Positions 44,814 to 56,278 of a stretch of DNA of 64,000 bases are shown here, in pieces. The stretch lies in NCBI GenBank assembly GCA_965644495.1, contig CBFFSA010000012.1:372001-436000 (forward strand), read 5' to 3'. This DNA comes from Perkinsela sp. CCAP 1560/9 (Eukaryota; Protista; Euglenozoa: Kinetoplastea). The notes below the pieces were generated by a model. The model did not search any database and was not told where the DNA came from. It saw only the letters and a list, made by a program, of their open reading frames with translations. Every line of letters begins with the position of its first letter. Position 1 is the first letter of the stretch. Position numbers and translations under genes: made by a program.

Positions 44814-45612
44814 TCGACAAAAGATTATGAATAATCTACTTTTTTGGGGGGGAAAGCTCGATTTTTCAGCAAACATTGCGAAATTTTACACCGAATTTGG
44901 GCCGTTTTGGATGCCTTACCAGTAGGGGTAAGAGGCGAATCTGACGAAAACGACGTAGAATGGTAGCCCCCCATGGATCTTACAAAAAACTCGATCTTAC
45001 ATATAAATAACTCGATCAGCATGCATACTTCTTATTCTACATATAAATGCTTTAATTACTTTCACAAGTTCTCAGTCTTAGATTCGGAGTCAGTGCACTA
45101 GCGGAGGCGCATTGTTCCGCGTTTTAGAAGGCATATTCCCGACTTTTATCTTCCTTGCGAAGGTATCGATTTAGCTGTGAATATGCTACCGCCCCGTTAA
45201 GCTCCTGCAGCAATAACTAAAATTCGGTGTAGACCCGTTTGCGCTGCATTCCACAGGCATCTGCGAGGGCATCCATAAGAGCCTTCGTGTTTGAATGCAT
45301 TGCACCCCCTGAGAGGACATTGAAAGCTTTCGGCCATGATCTTCCCGGTCTTGACATACATGTGTAACATACATACTGTATGTGTAATGTTTTCGTCGAC
45401 AGGCGTCGTGGAATAAATGTGCACACTTCGTGTCAAGGTTTGAGGGTGCCAGTTCGTGGATGACTGTTAGATCGTAGTGTACGTAGTATACACACTCTTT
45501 TTTTCGAATTCATCTTTTATCTTCAAAACGAATTGATACCAACACGACCTTCCTTGTATTTTTTTCACAAAAACGGCCACTTTCTCCTTAGTCTTTTTTC
45601 TCTTCTTCCTAC

Positions 45613-46476
45613 ATGCTCTGGTCTTTTTCCTTTTGCGACACCTTACCTCACATCCCCCCCTCGCGTCCCGCCAAAGTGAGTCTTGCGAATCTTCCACACG
45701 AGTACGAACTCGCACGTTTGATCCGAGACGTCCAACCCCACTCTCCATCCTGGACCACAGACACTCGTGCGTGTCAGTGGTACGGGGTGAAATGTGACAC
45801 CACAGGGGCTGTGCTGGAAATTCGATGGATTTATCAAAATCTTGTCGGCCCTCTTCACTTTGTTCACCTCCCACGAACCGTAAAAACGTTTCGAGTGATT
45901 GAGAATGCGTTAAACGGTGCTGTTGAACTGACAGCGTTGCCGCGCAGTCTTCACACATTAGGCCTCTCGTATAACCGTTTTTCCGGGAGTTTAGATTTGA
46001 CGGCTCTCCCCAACGGTGTGCAGTTTCTATATCTCAATGAAAACGGGTTTACGGAAAACGTTTGTTTAAGTGAGCTACCGGTACAACTGGTACGGTTGTA
46101 TCTACAGAACAATCAACTCACGGGGTCAATAGACCTCACTTCACTCCCCAACAAGATGATGTATTTATTGTTACGTCATAATCTGTTCTCGGGAGAGGTC
46201 TCTTTGCATTATCTTCCGCCCGATTTTTTTGAACTCTCACTTCACCATAACTTTTTTACGGGGGGCTTATCGCTTACCCAGCTATCTCCTCGACTAAACT
46301 ACATGGACATAAATGATAACGTATTAGTGGGGCCTGTGGATGTTAGAGACCTTCCAAAGTTTTTACGTTGTCTGGATTTGTCAAACAACATTGGGCTATA
46401 TGGAGAAGTGAGGCGAAGCGAAATTCCGGGAACCATGGATCTTTGTGTCAAGAATACAAAGATTGTCATCTTTTAG
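45613..46476 (+). CDS. Small LRR-only protein, member 18
   Basis: RPAKVSLANLPHEYEL leader, ACQWYGVKC cap, LRRs, ends TKIVIF. Confidence 0.92.
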   Translation: MLWSFSFCDTLPHIPPSRPAKVSLANLPHEYELARLIRDVQPHSPSWTTDTRACQWYGVKCDTTGAVLEIRWIYQNLVGPLHFVHLPRTVKTFRVIENALNGAVELTALPRSLHTLGLSYNRFSGSLDLTALPNGVQFLYLNENGFTENVCLSELPVQLVRLYLQNNQLTGSIDLTSLPNKMMYLLLRHNLFSGEVSLHYLPPDFFELSLHHNFFTGGLSLTQLSPRLNYMDINDNVLVGPVDVRDLPKFLRCLDLSNNIGLYGEVRRSEIPGTMDLCVKNTKIVIF

Positions 46477-47431
46477 GGGTCGTTTAAAACACTGTTCCTT
46501 ATTGCTCCTGCGCAAAAACAGCTACATGTAGCTTTGCACGTGTCGAGATACGCACATAAAGGTTCAAAGTACGAACATCACCCTAAAATACCACCCTTTT
46601 GCGTCGACAGAAACTGTGTCAAATCTTTGCCAAATTAGTTTCTGCAAAAACTACACTAGCATGTGTCGGCCTTGATATGCCTTGAACGAACGATGATTGA
46701 TAATGGGCGAACTTAGATCATATCTGAGGCTTAACACTTCTTAAACCTACGGTGTTTAATTAAAGATGGTTATTTTTCGGCTCCATTTTATTTTTAATTG
46801 TTTCTTCCAGGGGTCCGAATAACTATAAAACTTTATTATAGGTACTTTAAAGTAACTATATTATTTTTCCCTACCTTTATCTACCTTTATTTTTTTGTCA
46901 ATGATTCGCACTGTACTATTTTGTTGAAATTTTTCAATGCGTGGGCGCTCGGGTAATAGAGAAAGTCAAGCTAAATTTGTCCAGCCTTATTAGCAATAAG
47001 ACCTACTACTTACAAGGAGGTGGAGGCCGGAAAACGATTTCTGAATGTCGGCTCTGTAGTTCACCGGGAAAGCGGAACTTTGTTTACGAAAAATGCACTC
47101 GGACCTCATACTCTTCAGCCCTAGGTCATAGTGAAGGAGAAGAGAGTCAGAAAGTGGGAGACGGAAAATGCTGTTGAAAATGCAGCTTGATGTCAAGTCC
47201 TATAAACCTTTCAAATGTATTTGAAACCATGGGAGACTGTGCAAGTCTTGGTTGGCATGAATTGGCACAAGTTGGCATGAGTTGGCATGAGTAGCCATAT
47301 TTTTGTTTTATCAGCCAATTTAAATCTTTTTTCGGTGCGTTCTGCAAAGTTTAGTTACAAATGTATATTCGTTAAAATTCATCTAAAGAGTTCGGTATTC
47401 AAGTTTTTTTATTCTTTGCACCACATCACTT

Positions 47432-48100
47432 ATGTCATTCCAAGCATCAATCTATCGCCAGATGTGCAAAGGAAAATGTCAGAAAATGACACCGTTCACT
47501 CTTCCCACCGAAGGTCGATCATCGTTTTGTGTTTATTGCAAATGGTGTGTCGATTCCGAGCAGCACAGAGATGTATGTGTGCAATGCTTGCAGTATGGGG
47601 TATTCAACGGTTCTGATGTTTGTGCGACTTGTGGGCAATCACAAGTCGTTGAATCTTTTTCTCCTCCCCTCCTTCAGGAATTATTGTCATCCGATCTGGA
47701 CCTTGAATCAGTAAAGCGCACATCCAGCCAATTCTTTCGGAAGACTGTCTTGGGGTTGCGATTTACTTTTTCGCATGTGGCGTATGCCCTGATTGCGTGC
47801 AAAGCCAGCATTGACTGGGCTGATGACGGAACTAAATTTTTGCGGACAGGCATTAACTACGCCAAAAAGTTCCGATTGTCTGTGAGTTCTAAAGACGAAC
47901 GTGACATGGCGACAGTTTTAAAAAACATTTGGAATAGCTTTGTTGGAGATTTGAATCGAAGGCGTGTGACGATTCGGTCCGATCTAAAGTCTAGAATCAT
48001 CGAGAAGCTGTCCGTGCATGAAGAGAATAGTGCGAAGGCTAAGAGGAAGGAAGAGGACAAAAAGGCGAAAGTTCATGTGGAAAGTATTAATTTAGTTTAA
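47432..48100 (+). CDS. Cys-rich accessory ORF inside the Harbinger-like element
   Basis: CxxxC, CxxC, CxxC, CxxC clusters; lies between the TIRs. Confidence 0.55.
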   Translation: MSFQASIYRQMCKGKCQKMTPFTLPTEGRSSFCVYCKWCVDSEQHRDVCVQCLQYGVFNGSDVCATCGQSQVVESFSPPLLQELLSSDLDLESVKRTSSQFFRKTVLGLRFTFSHVAYALIACKASIDWADDGTKFLRTGINYAKKFRLSVSSKDERDMATVLKNIWNSFVGDLNRRRVTIRSDLKSRIIEKLSVHEENSAKAKRKEEDKKAKVHVESINLV

Positions 48101-48382
48101 TTTCCATAGGTGATGTTAAGTTCGAAGTTGTGAAGCTAGCTGTGAAGTCTTTAACCAAAAAACTGACGTTATTTATAATACGCTATTACAATAATATGTG
48201 TAAATTCATAAATAATACTTAATAAAAAAGTACTTAAAAATAATAGAGAGCTTAAAAACTAACTAACATTCTCGAACTATGTCAAAAGCCGTTTCTGAAC
48301 TTGACGTTTGTGGTGTATCGAGTAATCTTTACAAGTCGTATCGAGTAATCTTTACACGGGGGCGACTAACGATAGCGTAATT

Positions 48383-48943
48383 TTGGAACATTCTAAATTC
48401 TTACCATTCTTACAACAATATCGAAAACGTGCGTTTGTTGATGGGGGGTTCAAAAAGTCAGATCTCCATATCATTCCTCATAGAGCGACTGCAATTTGGC
48501 CGAAGAAACCTCTTGGAAAATCACGAAGTGCTTATGAGCAAGAAGCTTTGACTAAGCTCCAATACAACGAAAACATTGCCCATTTTCGTTCACGCATTGA
48601 GCATGTTTTTGGCCGAACTTTCATTGGCCGATGGCTGGCACTAAAAAATTGGACGCATTCTTTTGATTTGCTAGGAGACTGCTTCAAAGCAGCCCTCATT
48701 ATACATAACCTAGAAGCTTACCTGCGCTACGAATGGGGTGGGAAGTTTCCTCGATTTTTGACAACTGAGGAGAAACGCGTCATTCAATCCAAAATCTCTG
48801 CTTGTGAAACACAGCGCAAGCGTTACCCCCAGCCCGACGCCCCAGCACCGCAACAGACGACTTTACATTCATTCTTTAAGGGACAGTGGACCCCCATAGT
48901 TATAGACGATGATGATAGCACCGACGAGGGGGCGCTCGAGTAA
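48383..48943 (+). pseudogene. Harbinger/DDE_Tnp_4 transposase C-terminal half
   Basis: FVDGGF..YNENIAHFRSRIEHVFG..W..L..IIHNL. Confidence 0.85.
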
Positions 48944-49735
48944 TACTGCATGAAGAAAAAATCTATAGCTTCATCCCTCATATTATTAAGTTATTATTAT
49001 ATTGTTATGGATATTCCGTGGAGGGGGCATTGAGGTCCAGGGTATGAAAAAATGCATGTGATTTCTGTATCCCTCATTATTCCCTCTCATTATTCCCAGT
49101 TCTGGTTGGCATGAGTTGGCACGAATTGGCATGAGTTGGCATGAATTGGCACAAGACGGCACGAGATGGCACCGGTTAGCTGCACAGTCTCCATGGTATA
49201 ACGGAAGTGTGATCATGGAGTATGAAACGCGGCCATTCAGGATCCATTGTTGCAGACACTGGAAATTCCAATGGTAGAACAACATGTTCAATATGCGTCT
49301 TGTGTTCTGGAAATGCTACAATCTGGAGTCAAGTGGTAGTGGAAAATTTAGAAGCAGAAACATTGATAACATTGTTCAACAATGTAATCGTTGATATCGC
49401 ATGTCTTATCAACGACGATTAGAGAAGGCCTGGTGGAAGTGTTTTCCACGTCTGACGCTGATGAAGCTTGTTCGGCACTATAACTGCCTGAAAACTATAC
49501 CTGTGCAAGATTGTTTCCTATGCATTTTAGGTAATCAGAAAAATCATTCCCTCCAACAAGGCCTACTCTCCGCGACCCGAGCAACCAGACTGCACAGATT
49601 CCCCACCCAAATTGCACAAAAAGTCGACCGCTGAAACTATAGGTACACCTATATATTAACTATATAAAGTTATTCGGACCCCTGGTTTCTTCTTGCTTTT
49701 TTAGCTTCTTTTCTTTAAAGGGAAACGACATCTCT

Positions 49736-50401
49736 ATGGTTATTCGAAAGGAAGGCAAATCGAAACGTCCTTTGTCCTCTCCTGGCCGTAAGAGGACACA
49801 ACCCACTCCTCGCACTTCTCCAACAGACTCCCCAACAAAAACCCAATCTACGCACACATTCGAAGATACGAAAGAAGAGCCTCTTACGTTAGAACTGTTG
49901 TCTTCTCTCTATCACGCACTGTTGGATGATTCTTCTGTATTGCCGCGAGAGGTTTGTGGAAAAATACGACGCATCGGCTCTCTGGATCATAAATTACGTG
50001 CCGCACTACACACATTGCTCATTTATACGGAATCGGATGTAAATGTTAACTTTCCGGACGCCTTTAGTGATTATTCAAACGAAATTGTAGAGGCATCAAA
50101 AGGGACAACATCACAAAACATTGCCGATAGCTCTCCTTGTGAGATCGGACCTCTTCCAAACGATTTAGAATCTACTAAGAACATCTCTACACAATCGGAT
50201 ACGATAAAATATGAACACATCAACTTGGGTGACCTTCCATCAAGTATCGAAGGAGGCGTAGTTACCGAGCTTGAAGACCAGGTTTTGGAATTCGCGCTCG
50301 AAAAAGAAACTTTAGCAACGGAGGCGTTGGGCTTATGTCACGCAATTCAACTCAAAATCCTTGATTGTTTAGAAAAATGCAAAGCTATTTCTTCCACATA
50401 A
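49736..50401 (+). CDS. ING-family N-terminal domain protein lacking a PHD finger
   Basis: LLDDSSVLPREVCGKIRRIGSLD and LEFALEKETLA match the two ING N-domain helices. Confidence 0.55.
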   Translation: MVIRKEGKSKRPLSSPGRKRTQPTPRTSPTDSPTKTQSTHTFEDTKEEPLTLELLSSLYHALLDDSSVLPREVCGKIRRIGSLDHKLRAALHTLLIYTESDVNVNFPDAFSDYSNEIVEASKGTTSQNIADSSPCEIGPLPNDLESTKNISTQSDTIKYEHINLGDLPSSIEGGVVTELEDQVLEFALEKETLATEALGLCHAIQLKILDCLEKCKAISST

Positions 50402-50824
50402 TCAATTTTCTTCCCTCTGGTACTTTAAAACCATTCCCTTTCCAACCCCCTTATTGTAAAATCCCAAAACCACAAATTCACTTTTTCCTAAATTTCAAAA
50501 CTTTTTCCCTCCTATTCGTATTTCTCCCCCATGTCTCTCCAACCCCAATCCCCTTACCCCCTCCGAAAACCTTGCCATTCATCTTTGAACCGAAACTTGT
50601 GACGACTCCCCGAAGGTACTCCAACCTGCCAAAAACCACATGCCAAATCCCGTTTCACCGCACTTTCCTCCTTAGCGCGGTGAATACAACATACAGCATG
50701 TCTAACGGGAACGTACGCATTCCCTTCATGTCCTATCGTATAGTTGCACTCGGAGCATGGTCACCCTGTCGCAGCTCTTGACGAATTATGTCTCGAATGG
50801 AATCTCGTGATCGATGGAGGGTGT

Positions 50825-51553
50825 TTACAATGACTCGTCAGCATTCCAACCGTGCGATCCAACTTTACAAACCTGAGAAATCTCCGATACGTTCGATGGG
50901 ACGTTCGATGGGACGTTCGACGGGACATGCCCTGCGGGTCCTGGTCTTTGTAAAGTGTACAAGATCCAAGTGTACCCTAGATCGGCCAAGAACATTTCGT
51001 CTTTGTGGTGAGTTAACAGAGGAGTTCGACGCACACTAGTATCTCTCTTATAAATTTTGGCATCATGCATGCTGCCAACAACTGGTCCGCGAAAGAAGAA
51101 TGGAACTCCGGCCAGAGTTAGCCAAACTTCCACCTTGATGCAGTGCTGCTGGTGCTTTCCCGAATAGGTGCTGTCTTGGGTGGTTCCATCAGGTGTTTCT
51201 CTCGGTTTCCCGAGAGATCCCGTGAACGACACGGGATCGTCGTGACGTCCAGCATGCAGGTTACGTCAGATAACCATGATACTCCCTGGGTAAACCGGAG
51301 CTCGGGGTTCATAAGCAGGGGTGAACGGCACACGAGTAAAATCATCCCGGAGAGTCCGAATTGAAATCAACGGGGCGTCCGGTGGGATCCACGCCCTTTG
51401 AACATCGTACAACTGTTCCCATGTGCAATTCAGAGAACAGATGCACAATGATGACTGAACACGACGGTAATCCGTCTCCGTAACATCGGATCCATGCACA
51501 CGTCGGAGCTCGTTGTAGAACTCCCGCACCTGTGCAGCCGAGATGCCAAACAT
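50825..51553 (-). pseudogene. Second Harbinger/DDE_Tnp_4 transposase relic (frameshifted)
   Basis: CMLDVTTIP; YSGKHQQHCIK..GSMHDAKI..LADLGY across three frames. Confidence 0.85.
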
Positions 51554-52347
51554 AGAGAGGGAATGAAACAATTGAAAGAAATTTCGATTTAGAAGCAAAA
51601 TGAGTAGGGTTGTATTATAATTGGGCGGAAATATTTTAGCATGCACTCGTAATTAGTGGAATGAAATAGCAATTAGTGGAATGAGCTAGTAATTGGGGAT
51701 AATTGTAATTGCCGAAATCGGCGCTTCTTTCCTCGCAGCATCAAGATAATCAATAGATAAAACTTTTTACTCACTCTTTTTAATGATTCTATATAAATAA
51801 GTTATTTTTTTAAAGAAAATATATAGAAACCATTTCAATAAAGAATTACGTGGTACGATCGTCTAATTTATCTTTCATAAGTTATCCGAGAATCATTTGA
51901 GTCTACTTACCGCGTCCTCTGGGTTCTCTTCGGATTTCACGTATCGGAATTTAATACAAATACCTCTCTTTTGGTTCATGGTTAAGACGCGTTTAAGCTC
52001 ACCTGCAATGAAGTCGGATCGTGCTACAACCCCATTCTGGCCATTTTGAAACCGTGCTCTACTGATCTGTTGTCGGTTTATCGCTGAAAGTATATTGCAA
52101 ATGCATCAATTAGTGTGAGGAGAATACAGGAAAAATACTCAAACTTTTTGCAAGATAAGATGTACTGCCTTTACAAACGGTGAAAATTCATAAAAATGAG
52201 AAAAGTTCGACCAACAAAAAGCTCTGTAGAAAGCCTTTTTTACAGGAAAATGTACGACTTTTTCTTCAAAAAATAATTGGTATGGACTAATAAGGACTTT
52301 GCGTGGAACAGCATGCGACAAGGGATTAATTTTACTAGAATGAGACC

Positions 52348-54650
52348 TTAATAAGGTAGTTTCCGTCCCTCAGCCTCGATACACAAGCATAGACGTCGTT
52401 TGAAAGATGCATGCAATTTTTCAGAAAATTTCTTTGAGTCACTACTTTTTAGATATTTTTCACAGCTCTCTTCTATCTCTCTTATGGAGGACGGGTTTAT
52501 ATATAGAGGACTATATATAGAGAGGCTATATATATATAGAGGACGGGTTCTCCTGATTTTTGATTTGTTTGAGACGGCACCATAAATTCTCAATCGGATT
52601 CAAATCCGGGGAATCCGCAGGCCAAAAAGGCAGATGGGTCCCATTGACAGAAATGTATCCCCTCAAGCAAGAGGAAGTTCTCGATCTGGCGATCATACTT
52701 TCCCACCACAAAGAAGTAAGCTTAGAACGATGCGGAGGAGCTCCATCGTCCATGTAGATCGCCTGGGGATTTTTCCTGGCATATGGAATCCAATGATCCC
52801 GAAGAATCATCTTTCTATAATACATGCTGCCGAGCCCTTTCCCTTTTTGAGGCCCTTTTTGATTTTGACAAGCGTCATGGCGATAAAAGTGTTCAAAATC
52901 ATCGCACCATCGAAATAGGATTTTCCCATTGGAATCAATTGCACCCCAGAGAAGGACTTTCGTGGGATGATGGGTTCGACTCCTTGCAACAGGATCTGTT
53001 GGAGATTGCCATGCTGAGCGTGACAAATCACCCGCATGAATGTACACCTCGTCACTAAAGCACAAATTTTTCTAAAAGGTGCCCCCTGTCACTTCATCTT
53101 CTTTAAGCAGTGCGCGACAGAAATTCACACGGGCCTCCCTTTTCTCGGCAGAAAGATGAAGCGTACTAATTTTGGACCTAAACTTGTAATCACAATATGT
53201 AAGCAGAGCACGCATGCGATGCCGCGAGATAACAAATTGGTGTCCGGATGCTTCGGCCATTGCACACATCAGTCTGTTCAAAGTGCGATGGACAGGATTG
53301 GCCGCCATTATCTGGGGCAGCAAGACTCTGGCATTCTCAAAGTGTTCCCATTCCAGTAGCGTATTAGCGGTTTCTTTCACTTTTTCGATTCTACCATCAG
53401 CTGAAGAATGAGTCATCAGCAAACGATGACAAGTCGCTTTATTGAGAGTAAGCGTATGACACAACTGTGCTTAGGTAAAAAGTCTTGTGCTGTGCAAAAC
53501 TTTCAAAGCGACGACTCCCGTTTCGGATAAGCTTCCCCTTCTTTCCATATAACCGGAAGTCCATTCAGGTGCGTCGTTTTGCGCTTCATAGGTCGGCCGC
53601 GTTTCCGCTTAGAGTTCTGGCCCGAGATTTGAGAGGCTAACCGTGTTCTAAGAACAGCCATCGCGGTCAGAAGGGAATGCTGATCCTTCAAAACAGAGTT
53701 ATGTTTCTTTTTAAGCTCATCGTATTTCTCTTGGAGCTCGAAGTGTTCTCTTTTTAGAAGATTGTATTCAATATGTATTGCTTCTAATTTTACTCGAAGA
53801 CGATGAGCTTCAGCTTTGTGCTTTTCCTTTTCGCGTTCTACGCGTCGTAAGCGCGTGTTCAATTTTCGAATTCGCGTTTTCGCCTTCCTCATTTCCTTAG
53901 AGCTCGAGTGGAGAGAATGGCGGGCGCTGCGAATATCAGGTTGTGGATCAGAGGCTCAGTAGGTGGAACATCAGGGGCCTGAGGGTCAATAGGTGGAACA
54001 TCAGAGGGTTGAGAGTCAATAGGTGGAACATCAGAGGGTTGAGAGTCAATAGGTGGAACATCAGAGGGTTGAGAGTCAATAGGTGGAACATCAGAGGGTT
54101 GAGAGTCAATAGGTGGAACATCAGAGGGTTGAGAGTCAATAGATGGAACATCAGGGAGCTGAGGGTCAATAGGTGGATCATCAGAGGGATGAGGGTGGGA
54201 AGTTCGTGGATTGGAGGACTGAGGTCGAAACATTTGGCATAGGCCTTCTGCTGCTTCGATAAGCCGGATGTCAAAGCATTTTTCAGGTTCCACGAAATTC
54301 GGATGAACTGGATAAAGATGATTATCATCTTGGACAGAGCCCTGTATTTCTTGATTTATTTTGAAAAGAGTCTCTTCTTCAAAAAAATCAGACTCAGAGT
54401 CCGATATGTCCGAGTCTGTTGACCCATCTTCTGGATCCCAGTTCGGATCATCCTCTGAATCAGAGCTTGCGTACTCCGGTGAGTGCGAAGACAATGATGA
54501 AACGTCAGAAGAGCCTGATCGGCAAACTGTTGAATTTTTGGAATTGCTCTCCGAAGTGGCCTCCGAACTCGTGTACTCCTAGTTCGTGTAACCTGAGCTC
54601 ATGCTATCAGAGCTCCCATGCGCCCTGGGAGATATGTGTGACATGGACAT
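52348..54650 (-). pseudogene. Long Tc1/IS630-superfamily transposase relic (DD51E) with acidic/repeat/coiled-coil N-terminal region
   Basis: CFSDE, LWGAI, MDDGAPPH, WPADSPDLNPIENLW, RRLCLCIEAEG; upstream ORF pieces on the same strand joined by stops and frameshifts (the joining is inferred). Confidence 0.75.
53961..54195. repeat. 30-bp tandem repeat x~8 (encodes PPIDSQPSDV on - strand)
   Basis: aggtggaacatcagagggttgagagtcaat units without spacers. Confidence 0.95.
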
Positions 54651-55244
54651 CGTATAAAAAAAAGTACTTGTTAATCAAGTTTTGTAAAAAGCGTATGTCA
54701 AACAAATTTAGTTCAGCAAAAAAAAAGATTTTTTCAAACGTTAACGTACGTCAATTTAAACTATTTTTCCGATCCTCTTGTGGTATTCCCATAAACTTAG
54801 CTTTTTACAGAACTAAAAACAAAGCTACGGTGCTCTCTATAGAACGGTTTCAAAATTTTGGGACGGAGTTGTACTTTGCGATTAAAAGCCGCCTGGCAGG
54901 AAGTATTGTCAATGTATAAATCACTCGTAATTCGTCTCCCGATTCTAACCATGGACGTGATCCCCACGTGAGGGGACCGTTAGCGGTAAAACGAGTAGGA
55001 TCAGTAATAGGAGCAATAGGGTTTTTTTGGCTCGTCATTCGCCTTGCGACCCCCCGGTATCTTAGCACGTACACGGCCAATTTCTAGCGAATAGTAATCA
55101 ATGTCCAGCAATGTAAAATCATAGTCAACGGTTGGATCGTCATTCCATACCGCTTCCATAGCACCCTACTCGTCACTCTTAAGACGGACGTTTCCAATGA
55201 CGGTTTCACGCACAAGATCGCCACGAGGTCCCCACACCGCCTCA

Positions 55245-55518
55245 ACTAAAGAGAGAACATGAAGATTATGCCCTCCATCGCCTGTTTTAGCAGCTCAAAT
55301 GACATTGTGAGAACGTAGAAATCGTTCTACACCCAAGCCAAAAATTATTATCGCTAAAATTCATGGCACAAAAATTATTGTTTTTTTAATTAAAAGTTGC
55401 ATAGCTTCGGCAATATTAAAAACTCAATAATATTAGTCGGCAGTGTAAAACAAGTGCAAGAGAGTTAATTTTTTCTTTTTTTGCCAAAAAGGTGTGAAAT
55501 AATGCTTCACTTTGACAA
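55245..55518 (-). mobile_element. End of a longer relative of the 2779..3180 MITE
   Basis: Reverse complement of ~2780-2960 including TIR aatgcttcactttgac. Confidence 0.75.
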
Positions 55519-55526
55519 ACACAATC

Positions 55527-56278
55527 AACTTGGCGGAAAAAAACGTATTTTTCCAAAATTGTTTTCCCTATTGTAGTTTGAGAGTTTGGGACCTACACTA
55601 GCCTTCTACACCGTTGTTTTCACAAGATACCCCTTCTTAGAGCAGCAGCACGCCTCCCAAAATGACGCATTTTTGACCAAACCGTGCGAAAAAGTAATTT
55701 TCGGACCCAGCACAAGTGACTTAAGGCAAAACCTAATGGCAAAACAATTATTTTTCCAAAATCGTTTGCCCTTTTGTATTTTGATAGTTTGGGACCTATA
55801 CTAGCTTTCAATGCAGTTGTTTTCGCAAGATCTCTTCGAGACGTGGTATGCCCGCGAAAATGTCCCATTTTTGACTAAAAAAGGTGAAAAAGTAATATTC
55901 GGACCCCAAGGGGCATTTTTGGGTCGAAAGAATGGTATGGTTGAAGTCGCATTCTCTACCAAATACGTTCTGTAGGCTTTGATTCGTGGCTACGAGTGAT
56001 TTCCCGCACGAAAATGTCGGATTTAGTGCTCTGAGAGCAAAATTACCCAAAAATGACTCCATTTTTACCTGAAAATCGGCTATTTTGGGTATAATCTTTC
56101 CGTTTTCTTCAGCTTTCCAGGCCAAATTTTCTTTTTTAGGCTCTTCGTTAAACGCGGAGGTCGTTTTCAACTCGACACGCGCAGCACAAGTTACTTCTAA
56201 GTTGAAAACAACCACCGCATTTAACGAAGAGCCTAAAAAAGAAAATAGTTTATTGTGGTGGTTGTAAAACTACCGCTC
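55527..56278 (-). mobile_element. Family A element (reverse) with head-to-tail junction at 56246-56252
   Basis: Palindrome end followed after agttt by the opposite terminus attgtggtggttgtaaaactaccgctc. Confidence 0.85.

Larger units (their letters stand above)
47232..49192 (+). mobile_element. PIF/Harbinger-superfamily element (internally deleted)
   Basis: TIRs ggagactgtgca / tgcacagtctcc flanked by ATG on both sides; subterminal 10-bp gttggcatga repeats; two ORFs. Confidence 0.75.

Noticed and set aside
45186-45436. Possible SWIM/Zn-finger TE fragment on the minus strand
   Set aside because: Too short and the motif is incomplete
53961-54195. CRISPR-like 30-bp repeats
   Set aside because: Units are contiguous with no spacers and encode a peptide repeat
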